A stretch of DNA of 64,000 nucleotides from a virus (lineage: Duplodnaviria > Caudoviricetes). The notes beneath the pieces were generated by a model. The model searched no databases. It was not told the origin of the DNA and saw only the letters and a list, made by a program, of their open reading frames with translations. The DNA lies in IMG/VR virus record IMGVR_UViG_3300028186_000155. One strand, 5' to 3'. Position numbers and translations under genes: made by a program. Positions 28,226 to 37,068 of this stretch are shown piece by piece. Position 1 is the first letter of the stretch; every line of letters begins with the position of its first letter.

Positions 28226-29572
28226 CGCTTTTATCAAAGTAATGCGAGTCACTTTATCGGCCATCAGTTTAATGGTCCCGGCAAAGGAACCATTCAGCAT
28301 GAATTGACCGTTAACCCGGAAGCGTACAGGTGCGCTCTGTAGCTCTTCGTCCGGTGTTGGAACAATTACCGGAATTTCTGGTGCAGGAGGTGCCACCAAT
28401 TCCAGCTGTTTCGTTACGGTCTGCCCACCTGCCGTGTATTCAACGGTCACAGGCTGGCCGGGCAGTCCGTATTGATAGAACGATTCAAATTGCGCAGTGT
28501 ATTTGCCCGAATATGCGAAGGTCGCAGTCAACGGGAAATACAGCACGGCGCCGCTCACCTGATTGCGCAGAGTAAGACGCGGATTATCCGACATGTTTGG
28601 ATCAGTAACCGTGACCGTAAACGGTTCAACGATATTGACCTGCGTTTGCACATCGAGCGCAGGCACCACGTTGGAACGAACCGTGATTTCGTGCACGATA
28701 CTTTGCGGGTCGCCGTGGATATCTTTGCCAACCGTTACCAGCTGGAAAACATCACCATCGTCAGCAGCAAACGACGTTGGCGAATCCACATAACCAACTT
28801 CGATTGGCACCATTTGCGCATGGGTAACTTGCAGCGTGGAACCCGAACGCAGGTTGGTGATTTGCGTGTGCGGCGTGGATGGATTTTTCACCCGGAAATT
28901 GATGAATTTCCCGAACGGTACAGAAGCGGGTGCTTCAAACGAAGTGGGAACGAAATCGAGGGTAACAACCTGTTCTGCCGTCACGACCTGCGAGTGTCCC
29001 GAAGCGCCATAAGCCTCTTCGTATTTGAAACTCAAAATGTCGTTTTCTTGGCAGTACATCACCTGATCGAAATCTTCACCTTGGGCCACGTTGTTTTGCG
29101 TCACAAGGAAACCCGAATAGAGTCCTTGCGTAACGCGCTGCAACACCACCTCTTCAGTTTCCCCGGTGCGCATGTTCATTGCTTGAATGGTCAGCGGTGC
29201 CGAAGTGAAAATATCAAGGTCTTTCACCGTCACGGAAACGAAGCGACCGGCGTCTGCTTTGCCAATCTCGATTTCCGCGTCGTGGAAGATTTGTTCGGTG
29301 CGCACTTCCGGTTCTGGAATCGAACCAAAACTCACCAATTCCATTTCGATTTCGTGCGGACACTGGATCGAAACGATGTTGTGCACGTCTTTGATTGTGT
29401 ACGGATTATCCGGTCCAATCGTGATATCTTTTTGCTCCAGCGTACTCTCCGTTACCTTGGTGGCCACGCTGAAACTGTTGACGCCGGTTTTCCGGGTATT
29501 GTCCACCAGAAATTGCCGCACTTCGGTAACGATGGTGCGTTGTGGTGGCCGGTAAACATTGAAAGGTTTCAT
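28223..29572 (-). CDS. Virion structural protein with Ig-like repeats
   Basis: Beta-rich with three internal repeats; lies between the head and tail genes. Confidence 0.65.
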   Translation of the reverse strand: MKPFNVYRPPQRTIVTEVRQFLVDNTRKTGVNSFSVATKVTESTLEQKDITIGPDNPYTIKDVHNIVSIQCPHEIEMELVSFGSIPEPEVRTEQIFHDAEIEIGKADAGRFVSVTVKDLDIFTSAPLTIQAMNMRTGETEEVVLQRVTQGLYSGFLVTQNNVAQGEDFDQVMYCQENDILSFKYEEAYGASGHSQVVTAEQVVTLDFVPTSFEAPASVPFGKFINFRVKNPSTPHTQITNLRSGSTLQVTHAQMVPIEVGYVDSPTSFAADDGDVFQLVTVGKDIHGDPQSIVHEITVRSNVVPALDVQTQVNIVEPFTVTVTDPNMSDNPRLTLRNQVSGAVLYFPLTATFAYSGKYTAQFESFYQYGLPGQPVTVEYTAGGQTVTKQLELVAPPAPEIPVIVPTPDEELQSAPVRFRVNGQFMLNGSFAGTIKLMADKVTRITLIKA

Positions 29573-30291
29573 ACATCATCCGCCGTTTTGAGTGTTGTGG
29601 TTTCTTCGTCCACGACTTCACCGTCTGGATTGACGACAACGGCATGGAATTCCACGGCCCCAGCGTTGTTAACTTTCGAGATTTTCTTCTCGACGCCGGT
29701 CCACGTACTGCTGGTGCAAGAAATCACAAGGTCGAACGCTTCAGGATCGGCCTCATTATCTTTATCTGCACGCGGTATTGGGATTTCTGTCATGTCGGCC
29801 TTGATTTCAAGGAACGAACTTGCGTTGCCGGTTGTGATGCGCACGTTTAGCACCTTGGAATCGAAGAGGATCAGGGCCTCTCCAATAAACCGGATCGCAT
29901 CGAAATAATCGTTGGTCACGTAATGAAATTCGTATTTCAACGTGATCGGGAAATAGTGCAGCCGCGTTAGCGTACTGTTGGAACCATCGAGCACGTGACC
30001 AATGCCACGCCGTTTCAGCGTAGGGCCTAGCAGGTGCGCTTCAGCCTTTGCGATACTGGTCATGGAAACGTAAGCATAGGGATAGCTCGGCTCCATTTGG
30101 GCACGTAGCATTTGCTTTACGTCGTTGTTGTGCACGAATGGCAAATCTTTCAGCTTAAAAAAGCGTTTCAAGCTGGCGCGGATTGCAGCAAACGCAGTGA
30201 ACAAATGCGTCTGCTTGAAACTGGTGTTGCCGATCAGGTCGCGCTTCAGCATCGCTTCACGGATCTTTTCCCGTTGCTGCGTATCAGTCAT
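29569..30291 (-). CDS. Putative neck / tail-completion (terminator-like) protein
   Basis: Position between capsid and sheath; YPYAY...FPITLKYE pattern; start at MTDTQ. Confidence 0.55.
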   Translation of the reverse strand: MTDTQQREKIREAMLKRDLIGNTSFKQTHLFTAFAAIRASLKRFFKLKDLPFVHNNDVKQMLRAQMEPSYPYAYVSMTSIAKAEAHLLGPTLKRRGIGHVLDGSNSTLTRLHYFPITLKYEFHYVTNDYFDAIRFIGEALILFDSKVLNVRITTGNASSFLEIKADMTEIPIPRADKDNEADPEAFDLVISCTSSTWTGVEKKISKVNNAGAVEFHAVVVNPDGEVVDEETTTLKTADDV

Positions 30292-30310
30292 GTTTTTCGT
30301 CTCCAGAAAA

Positions 30311-30348
30311 CAAAAAAGGCCGTCGTGATTTCTCACAGCGGCCTTTTC
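30311..30348 (-). terminator. Terminator of the capsid operon
   Basis: AAAAGGCCG...CGGCCTTTTTT. Confidence 0.75.
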
Positions 30349-30349
30349 G

Positions 30350-30895
30350 TTACAGCTTGATCCTGATACGGCCCGGAATTAGCGGTTCACTCGCCCCGGC
30401 AGGTTCACGGGAAACCAAAGATTCTTCATCAAGGGGTTCCAGATCAACCGAAGCAAAAGCCGATAGTTGTGGATCGACGATAATTGTTTCACCGTCTTCC
30501 AGATACTGCTTTTGTGCGTATACAGCGGAAGCCAAACCAACAATTTGTTGGAGGGCCACGCTATCAGTTCCATGCAATGAAGGATTCATGGAATTTTCCG
30601 AATTTGGAGCAGTACCAAACTTGGTGGTCGTTGGGGAAGTTGTTTCAACGTAACTGGTAAAACTATCCAGTCCGTCTACTTGCCCCTCGGTGCTACCTTC
30701 GGCGGTTCCCGCCTGACAACCATCAGCGCTCAGGATACCCGGAGCGCATGACAGAGTTGGCATCAGCGAACTGTTCAGAACCGAAGAAAACTCAGGGCAT
30801 GCGCAGGCCTGTTTAAGCACCTGCACCGCCAATTCGTCTCTTCCGTTTTTGCAACAAATTGCCGCAAGTGAAAGCAGAGCCTGAATGTCCATCAT
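30350..30895 (-). CDS. Hypothetical head-region protein
   Basis: GGAG RBS, start at MMDIQ. Confidence 0.7.
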   Translation of the reverse strand: MMDIQALLSLAAICCKNGRDELAVQVLKQACACPEFSSVLNSSLMPTLSCAPGILSADGCQAGTAEGSTEGQVDGLDSFTSYVETTSPTTTKFGTAPNSENSMNPSLHGTDSVALQQIVGLASAVYAQKQYLEDGETIIVDPQLSAFASVDLEPLDEESLVSREPAGASEPLIPGRIRIKL

Positions 30896-30970
30896 TAAAT
30901 CTCCAAAAGTTTCTAACACTAACCGGATTAAAAGGGGCGCTCCTTTCAACCCGGAAAGTGCGGAGATTTA

Positions 30971-32068
30971 TTAGCGAACCAGACGCTTACCTTTCACCAC
31001 GGAGCGGTTGTTGGCCAGAACGAACGAGAACGCTTCGGACAGCATCCAGCCTTTGGCGGTCGAACCTTCGTGCGCGTAGTCAACCGGGCGGGATTGGATA
31101 CCACCGCGAGTCGAGTAGGCAGCGTGGTGCTCAGGGCTGGCAACAACGTAAATTTCGCCGCGTTCCAGAACTTTCTGGTTCGGTGCACGGAAACCGTCGG
31201 TCAGCAGTTGCAGGCCGACCAGCGTACCGAGTTGACCATTCAGGGCCAGATCGTATTTGGTGATCGGGTCCAGCATGGTGGCGAAATCGTTGGAACCGAT
31301 GATATCGGCCCAGTAATCGTTGCTGATGATCGCGGTGGTGGCTGGCAGGTTCCAGTCGGTAACAGCGGTGCGCAGACGACCGAGGTTTTTGGTGGTCAGT
31401 TCGCCAGCGATGTATTCCAGTGGGTTCATCATGCCCACGGTGGCATCGGCAGCTTTTTTCCACAGGCGGTCTTCTTGAACCATGATGGATTGCAGCGCGT
31501 CGTTATACGCGTGCTCCAGCAGGTCGCCGGAAACCTGTTCCATGTCGAGTGCGTTCACGCGAACGTTCGCGATGATTTCGAACTCAGCTGGCAGGAATTG
31601 GCGAGCGCGAATGTTCTGGTAGCCCACGCCAGCAGGACCGGTGGCAACTACTGCCATCGAATCGTGCGGAGGCATTGGAACGCGCTGCACTTCGCCTTGA
31701 CGCAGGGTGTTACCTTGCGAAAGTTTGCGCAGGAAACCATCACGCTCGCTTTGCTCGTAAACCTGTTGGGCAATGTTGGCGCCCAGTGCTTTCCAGTTGT
31801 CATCGGAAGCCATGGCTTCGCGCATGATTTCGCGGCGATCATCGCTGGACGAAGCGATAGCCATCTGGCTTTGTTCTGGAACGATCAGGCCATTGCCCAC
31901 TGCTTCCATCAGACGGCCAATTTGCATGGCGAGGTCTTTGGTGGACGAAGCGTTAAATTCGCCGGTCGAACGGGACAGGGCCAGTTCACCACCTTTCGAA
32001 TAGCGCAGTTCTTCCAGCGGGCTACCGTCTTTCAGAACCATGCGTGCGCCGGTCAGTTTGTTCAACAT
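30971..32068 (-). CDS. Major capsid protein (HK97 fold)
   Basis: Strong codon bias; follows scaffold and decoration genes; PAEFEI.AN...IMVQEDR...G.LGTLVG..LLTD...GW...E pattern. Confidence 0.85.
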   Translation of the reverse strand: MLNKLTGARMVLKDGSPLEELRYSKGGELALSRSTGEFNASSTKDLAMQIGRLMEAVGNGLIVPEQSQMAIASSSDDRREIMREAMASDDNWKALGANIAQQVYEQSERDGFLRKLSQGNTLRQGEVQRVPMPPHDSMAVVATGPAGVGYQNIRARQFLPAEFEIIANVRVNALDMEQVSGDLLEHAYNDALQSIMVQEDRLWKKAADATVGMMNPLEYIAGELTTKNLGRLRTAVTDWNLPATTAIISNDYWADIIGSNDFATMLDPITKYDLALNGQLGTLVGLQLLTDGFRAPNQKVLERGEIYVVASPEHHAAYSTRGGIQSRPVDYAHEGSTAKGWMLSEAFSFVLANNRSVVKGKRLVR

Positions 32069-32104
32069 GTGTATTTCTCCAGAAATTTAAACGAAAGCGC
32101 CGGA

Positions 32105-32842
32105 TTAGGCGTTGGTGATTTTGACGACCAGCGGACCGTAAGACGCGGCGTCTTCGACCGGAGTTTGCAGCACGATAACGGTTTGCACGGTTTCACCGTT
32201 GCCGGTGGTGGTGAACTTGCCGTCAACGCCCAGTTTTGGCTTGATCACGTTGGACCAGTCAGCAGCGGCGTCGTAGAAAGTGGTGGCCACGGATTCGGCG
32301 CGGGTCAGAACGGCGATGCGCTCCAGTTCCGAGGAAGACAGGCCGCCGATTGGCGCGTCACCACGGATGGTTTTGGCTTCGGAAACCAGCGGTTCGTACA
32401 TGAATTGCACGAACAATTCTTTGCCCTGATCACCAGCAACGGCAGGGGTGCCGCCGTTTTCCGGGGTGCCGGTGAAGAAGTACAGTTTCGAACCGACGCT
32501 CTGCACTTTGCCTTCGACTGGGGCGCTGGCGGAAACTTCGAGAACGTCGCCGTCAACTTTCACCAGAATTTGGCCGTTCAGTGGAACGCGGGCCAGATCA
32601 ACCACGCCGCTTTCTGGAACAACCACGCCGGAAACGATTTTCGGCAGGAAGGAAGGCGGGGTGTTACGGTTGACCGAAATACCGGCGAAGATTTCGCCAG
32701 CAACGCCCTGCGATGGACGAACGTAGGTGCGACCGGCAACTTTCGAGTAGACCAGTGCTTGGCCGTCTTCGCGCAGATCCAGACCCGGTTCAACATCGCG
32801 GAATTCGGTGTTGAAAGTGCGAGTGTATTTATCAACGATCAT
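32105..32842 (-). CDS. Head decoration / cement protein
   Basis: Beta-rich ORF with high-expression codon usage directly upstream of the capsid gene. Confidence 0.6.
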   Translation of the reverse strand: MIVDKYTRTFNTEFRDVEPGLDLREDGQALVYSKVAGRTYVRPSQGVAGEIFAGISVNRNTPPSFLPKIVSGVVVPESGVVDLARVPLNGQILVKVDGDVLEVSASAPVEGKVQSVGSKLYFFTGTPENGGTPAVAGDQGKELFVQFMYEPLVSEAKTIRGDAPIGGLSSSELERIAVLTRAESVATTFYDAAADWSNVIKPKLGVDGKFTTTGNGETVQTVIVLQTPVEDAASYGPLVVKITNA

Positions 32843-32857
32843 TTGGAATTTCTCCGA

Positions 32858-34834
32858 TTAGCGGAACAGTTTCAAGCCTTGCAGCTTGCTTTGGAAGTTG
32901 GAAGGTTGCGACTGCTGCGCCGAAGCGGTTGCGAGTTCGCTTTCCTGTTTTTGCACTTGTGCAGGAGTTTGCACCGGACGGCCCATCGACATTGCCGAAG
33001 ACGCGGTAGCAACCACATTTTTCGGTTCGATTTGGGTTACAGCGACCGCCATCTGATTCTGAATTACTTCGTCGTATTTCAGGATCTCACCAGCTTTAGC
33101 CAGAATGGCAGCGTGGTATTCCGGCGAGTTTTCGATGAATGCGCGTTGCAGCATTTCTTCCGCGCCCTGAATGCCGATGGATTCCAGCGAACTGGCCAAA
33201 GCGGTCATGATCGGGTTTTGCGTATCGCGGAAATAACCGGTATTGATACCGTGCGCGGCGGTGGCCAGTGCGCGGTTCATACGGTCGCCCAGCGTTTGCT
33301 GGTCACGGGCGCTGGCTTCGGCCAGTTGGGTGCCTTGATCGGCTACTTGAGTAGCGATTTGTTCGGCCACAACTTGATCGATTTGCAGAACCGGTTTGAT
33401 TTCTTCGAAACGCAGTTGAGTCAGCGCGGCTTGCACACCTTGTTCCGAGGCAACGGCAGTGAAAGCACGGCCAAACGACGGATCAGCGAAAGTGGCAGGG
33501 TTTTCCGAAGCCGATGCAACAGCTTTTGCGAAAGGAATGCCGTTGTGGAATGCCATCCAAGTAGGTTCGCCTTGAACGTTACCTACATAATTAACATCAA
33601 CAGATTTTCCTTTCATGTCGTTGGCTGCGATGGAAACGAAAGAGGCTTGGATTTCCACCGGGGCCGCTTCGGTTTGCTGTGCAGTTTGTTCGACATTTGC
33701 AGTTTCCACGTTGGTGGTTTCTGCGGCGCCGGTTTGTTCAGCGTTGGCAACGGCAGTTTCCTGTACGTTGGCAGCTGTTTGTTCGGCGTTTTCGGTTTGT
33801 TCTTGAGTTTCTTGCTCGGTCGCGCTGGCGGTAGCCATTTCTGGTTTTACCTTTTTACGAACGCCACCTTTTTTCGCTGGTTTGTCAGCGGCGGCGAGGC
33901 CCAAAGACAGGTCATCGTCGTCCTCTTCTTCGAGGTCGTCGTCTTCCTCTTCTTCCTCTTCGTCGTCTTCCTCTTCGTCGTCTTCAGATTCTTCATCTTC
34001 GTCGTCGAATTCTTCGTCGTCTTCTTCCTCTTCTTCATCATCGGAGGCAGTAGCGGCGAAATCAGCAGAAGCAACAGCTTTTTGTTCATCGCTGAACTCT
34101 TCTTCAGGATCTACAAGACCCATCGAAGTTACAGGGCAGAAAATTGCCTTGTCGCTGTTGGAGACGATGTGCATTTCCGGGCCGTCATCGCTGGCAGTTA
34201 CCAGATAATGCACTTTCAGTTTGCCGTTTTCGGCGCTGGAAGCTACGGCCAGTTGTGGCACATAGTTTTCAACGGCTTCAGCAGCGGTTGCACGGAAAAT
34301 GTCGAAGTTCACAGGCTGGTTCGAAACCACCGTGTGATCAACGCATTGTGCGGCGAAAGTCTCGCAGTTACCGCTGGCCAGTGCGCGGAAAGCTTCGATA
34401 GCTTCAGCACGCGTGGCAGCAACAGCAACCAGCATTTCTTTCGGTTGTGGTTTGTTTTTCAAGTCGGCGTCTTCCATTTTGGGGAGGTCGGAAGCGCAAG
34501 CCGGGCATTTATCCAACAGTTCAATACTGTCTGCGATAACGTGAGCGCCGCAACCCGAGGAACAAGCCTGATAGAATGCGTCCATATCGCCATCGGCGGA
34601 TGCGGTCGCTACCATTTCGTGCTTTTCGTCTTCCGGCACGGCCACCATTTCTTCCCCGTCAACGGGGTTCAATAGTTGCATATCGGTGTTGGCGGTAGCG
34701 ATGGCAAATTCACCATCCTTGCTTTCCAAAACACGATATTCGCCGGAAGCAACGGCACTGAATTGCTCTACTGCTTGCTCTTGGTTGTCAGCCATAACGA
34801 CGATGCCGCGCAGGCGCGAATTTCGTTTCGACAT
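32858..34834 (-). CDS. Prohead scaffold / core-like protein
   Basis: Upstream of the capsid genes; long acidic tract; helical C-terminus; many A-x-A-S sites. Confidence 0.65.
   Translation of the reverse strand: MSKRNSRLRGIVVMADNQEQAVEQFSAVASGEYRVLESKDGEFAIATANTDMQLLNPVDGEEMVAVPEDEKHEMVATASADGDMDAFYQACSSGCGAHVIADSIELLDKCPACASDLPKMEDADLKNKPQPKEMLVAVAATRAEAIEAFRALASGNCETFAAQCVDHTVVSNQPVNFDIFRATAAEAVENYVPQLAVASSAENGKLKVHYLVTASDDGPEMHIVSNSDKAIFCPVTSMGLVDPEEEFSDEQKAVASADFAATASDDEEEEEDDEEFDDEDEESEDDEEEDDEEEEEEDDDLEEEDDDDLSLGLAAADKPAKKGGVRKKVKPEMATASATEQETQEQTENAEQTAANVQETAVANAEQTGAAETTNVETANVEQTAQQTEAAPVEIQASFVSIAANDMKGKSVDVNYVGNVQGEPTWMAFHNGIPFAKAVASASENPATFADPSFGRAFTAVASEQGVQAALTQLRFEEIKPVLQIDQVVAEQIATQVADQGTQLAEASARDQQTLGDRMNRALATAAHGINTGYFRDTQNPIMTALASSLESIGIQGAEEMLQRAFIENSPEYHAAILAKAGEILKYDEVIQNQMAVAVTQIEPKNVVATASSAMSMGRPVQTPAQVQKQESELATASAQQSQPSNFQSKLQGLKLFR
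33910..34045 (-). repeat. Low-complexity GAA/GAC tract encoding poly-D/E
   Basis: DDEEEEEDDEEFDDEDEESEDDEEEDDEEEEEEDDDLEEEDDDD. Confidence 0.85.
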
Positions 34835-34878
34835 GGTTCACTCCATTAAGAGTTCGTGGGCTTTCACCTCACATTAAA

Positions 34879-34884
34879 AAATTA
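34879..34884 (-). promoter_or_regulatory. Putative late promoter TAATTT (capsid operon)
   Basis: Intergenic, about 45 nt before the scaffold ATG. Confidence 0.55.
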
Positions 34885-34896
34885 CAAAGTTCAGAA

Positions 34897-35259
34897 TTAC
34901 AGCAATTTCAGCAGCAGCCCACGGACCTTCCGGCAAATGGCCTGCACCGAATGGTGTGCCGTATAACCTTCATAATTCGTGAGTTCGCCATTAATATTCG
35001 TTTCACCCTCATACCACCAATTCGTTTCTTCGCGGGTAAACCGAATAAATCCCGAACCCATATCAGAAACAAAATCGACGCGAGCGCTGTGATGCGGTTT
35101 GCCGTCCCCTTCTACGTCGTATTCAACCTTGCATTTGATCAGACCCTTTCGGATTTCTTGGATGCTGAACAAATGGTGCTTGAGCGACAATGGATCAAAG
35201 GTTTTAGGCAGATGCATTTCAGTTAATGGCGAGGCTGCTAAAGCAATCATCATTTCCAT
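34897..35259 (-). CDS. Putative inner-head protein (MIALAAS N-terminus)
   Basis: AGGAG RBS, TAATTT at 35286-35291, shared N-terminal tag. Confidence 0.7.
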   Translation of the reverse strand: MEMMIALAASPLTEMHLPKTFDPLSLKHHLFSIQEIRKGLIKCKVEYDVEGDGKPHHSARVDFVSDMGSGFIRFTREETNWWYEGETNINGELTNYEGYTAHHSVQAICRKVRGLLLKLL

Positions 35260-35311
35260 AGCAGTCTCCTTGGAGCTACAGGTTTAAATTAGGGCAAACA
35301 GAAATTTTGGG

Positions 35312-35353
35312 CAAAAAAAAGCCCACTCAGGCGGGGGAACCTGAATGGGCTTA
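35312..35353 (-). terminator. Rho-independent terminator
   Basis: AAGCCCATTCAGG...CCTGAGTGGGC followed by TTTTTTTT. Confidence 0.85.
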
Positions 35354-35407
35354 AATGCTGTGACATAAAGAGATAAAGCTAGCCTACCCTCGTAGACTAT
35401 GAATAAA

Positions 35408-35677
35408 TTAGCGACCTTTTACAAACTGCATATCCAGCACGAATGCTTCGTTTGCCGCCTGTTCGGCCAAAGTCAATTGGCCTTGGGTACGGCGTGGATT
35501 GCAGCACATAAAGCAGCCCGAACGCCCGCAATTAAATGCATTGCGTTTTGCCCACTTATTGGAGGGCTTAATACGGTCAGATGCGTGCGGATAGTTATTC
35601 CAATCTTTCACGTGCTTTGCAATCACGCGATTACGATTAGAAATACGCTGCTGTTTCGCCAGTTTATCAAACGACAT
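35408..35677 (-). CDS. Small basic Cys-cluster protein
   Basis: CGRSGCFMCCNPRR motif; GAGG RBS. Confidence 0.7.
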   Translation of the reverse strand: MSFDKLAKQQRISNRNRVIAKHVKDWNNYPHASDRIKPSNKWAKRNAFNCGRSGCFMCCNPRRTQGQLTLAEQAANEAFVLDMQFVKGR

Positions 35678-35682
35678 GATGT

Positions 35683-35736
35683 AGCCTCTACAGCGATGCC
35701 CGCCCCGGTATTGGAACGGGCTATCGTGTGTAGGCT
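35683..35736 (-). promoter_or_regulatory. Long hairpin covering the RBS of 35408..35677
   Basis: AGCCTACA..CGAT.GCCCGTTCC / GGGGCGGGC.ATCG.TGTAG.AGGCT. Confidence 0.6.
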
Positions 35737-35763
35737 TTAAATGTCTGGACGTTCGTCATTCAT
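35737..35763 (-). CDS. Candidate 8-aa micropeptide MNDERPDI
   Basis: AAGGTG RBS, then ATG AAT GAC GAA CGT CCA GAC ATT TAA. Confidence 0.45.
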   Translation of the reverse strand: MNDERPDI

Positions 35764-35773
35764 AAAACACCTT

Positions 35774-35902
35774 TTAGATATCGGGGCGAACGTCTTTTGG
35801 TGTGGCAATCACGCCAACGCCCGGACCCTGTTTGATACCGAGTTTCTCAGCACGTTCGCGGGCGGCTTTTGCTTTGCGATACATGATCAGAATTTCAGCC
35901 AT
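35774..35902 (-). CDS. 42-aa basic peptide ending KDVRPDI
   Basis: AGGGA RBS, start at MAEILI, 14 nt after the protease stop. Confidence 0.6.
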   Translation of the reverse strand: MAEILIMYRKAKAARERAEKLGIKQGPGVGVIATPKDVRPDI

Positions 35903-35915
35903 TTTGTGTTCCCTG

Positions 35916-36725
35916 CTAGATGGATTTTGGATCAAGGATAATATCCCCGATTGCGCTAACATACGACGGATCACCGTAGCCCTGTTTGTAGCCGTCAACG
36001 CCCGAACGCCCACCCACATATTCCAGCAACGACAATTCGTAACCGGTAATGTTTTGGCAGCGACGATAAACCAGATTGCCATTAGGCATTTGATACGTTG
36101 GTTTGCGCGGGCGAGTGTGCGAACACGGATTGCCAACGCCTTTACCGGCCACATGGCCGCAAACCGAACAGGTATAACGGTTGTACAGCATGCCCATGGA
36201 ATAGGTATTCAAAACCCGATCCAAAACCAATTGGCAACGCTTAGGATCAAGGGTGCGATCCAGTGCCCCGAGCATTACCAGTTTTTGAATGTTTTTAAAC
36301 CGGGTTGGGCGCAGGTACGAACCGAGAATCAGACCACGAACCCATTCAGGTTGGTGCTGGTGCTCAACGTACATTGGGCGGCCTTCCCACGTTTTGTATG
36401 CGAGCCGTCCGCACGGTTCATTCCACGCAGTGAATTGCTTCAAATCTACCGAATCCCCGTTGGTATTGGGAATCATGGTGATCATTGCAGGAACCGCCAC
36501 CAGAATATAATCGCTGATATTCTTGGACAAACCGTGGTATTCCGCTGCACGTGGCAACCACACATTCGCTTCCAAGTTTTCAGCTTGATCAGTACCAGAA
36601 ATCGAAGCACTGATAGGCAATTGCCCGGCTTCGTTTAGGCGTGCACCGTGTAGCTCAGTGGTGATCGGCGTCCCCATATTGAACGCCGTGGCCACATAGT
36701 CATTGCCGTAAATGTCTTCGATCAT
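35916..36725 (-). CDS. Putative prohead maturation protease with Zn-finger insert
   Basis: N.NGD, GRPMYVEH (candidate catalytic His), TYSMG (candidate Ser), CSVCG...CSH, ELS; upstream of scaffold and capsid. Confidence 0.65.
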   Translation of the reverse strand: MIEDIYGNDYVATAFNMGTPITTELHGARLNEAGQLPISASISGTDQAENLEANVWLPRAAEYHGLSKNISDYILVAVPAMITMIPNTNGDSVDLKQFTAWNEPCGRLAYKTWEGRPMYVEHQHQPEWVRGLILGSYLRPTRFKNIQKLVMLGALDRTLDPKRCQLVLDRVLNTYSMGMLYNRYTCSVCGHVAGKGVGNPCSHTRPRKPTYQMPNGNLVYRRCQNITGYELSLLEYVGGRSGVDGYKQGYGDPSYVSAIGDIILDPKSI

Positions 36726-37057
36726 TGCTTGCCCCCGGTGTAGTGATCACGTACCCACTGGCGAGCATCAGCAATTGCCATTTTGTTGGGATTATTCAGA
36801 GAAAGTAAACCTTCCTCAGATTGCGCAACGTGGACGTTTGGCTCTTCCTCATTGAATTCGTGGTCGTGATCAAACGGGTCGAATTGCTGATGGTGAAGTT
36901 TTGCGGTCCACATTGCAGTTTGTTGTGAACGATTTGCGCTTTCGTCAGGAACGGAGGCAAGGGTTGCAATGCGTTTATCGCCATCGCAAACCCATACCTT
37001 GGTGCGTTCAGTCATCGGCAAATGGCGTTCGTCAGGATCGCTCAGAAAAGTGAGCAT
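36722..37057 (-). CDS. Hypothetical protein
   Basis: AGGAGG RBS; ATGA coupling. Confidence 0.75.
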   Translation of the reverse strand: MLTFLSDPDERHLPMTERTKVWVCDGDKRIATLASVPDESANRSQQTAMWTAKLHHQQFDPFDHDHEFNEEEPNVHVAQSEEGLLSLNNPNKMAIADARQWVRDHYTGGKQ

Positions 37058-37068
37058 TTTTCGCCTCC

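Noticed and set aside
31070-34675. 1201-aa + strand ORF
   Set aside because: Antisense shadow of the capsid, decoration and scaffold genes; biased codon usage removes stops on the opposite strand, and the product has no recognisable motifs.
35737-35902. RPDI peptides as an arbitrium/Phr-type quorum signal
   Set aside because: ERPDI superficially resembles Phr pentapeptides, but there is no signal peptide or adjacent RRNPP receptor; the nearby TPR protein is a glycosyltransferase.
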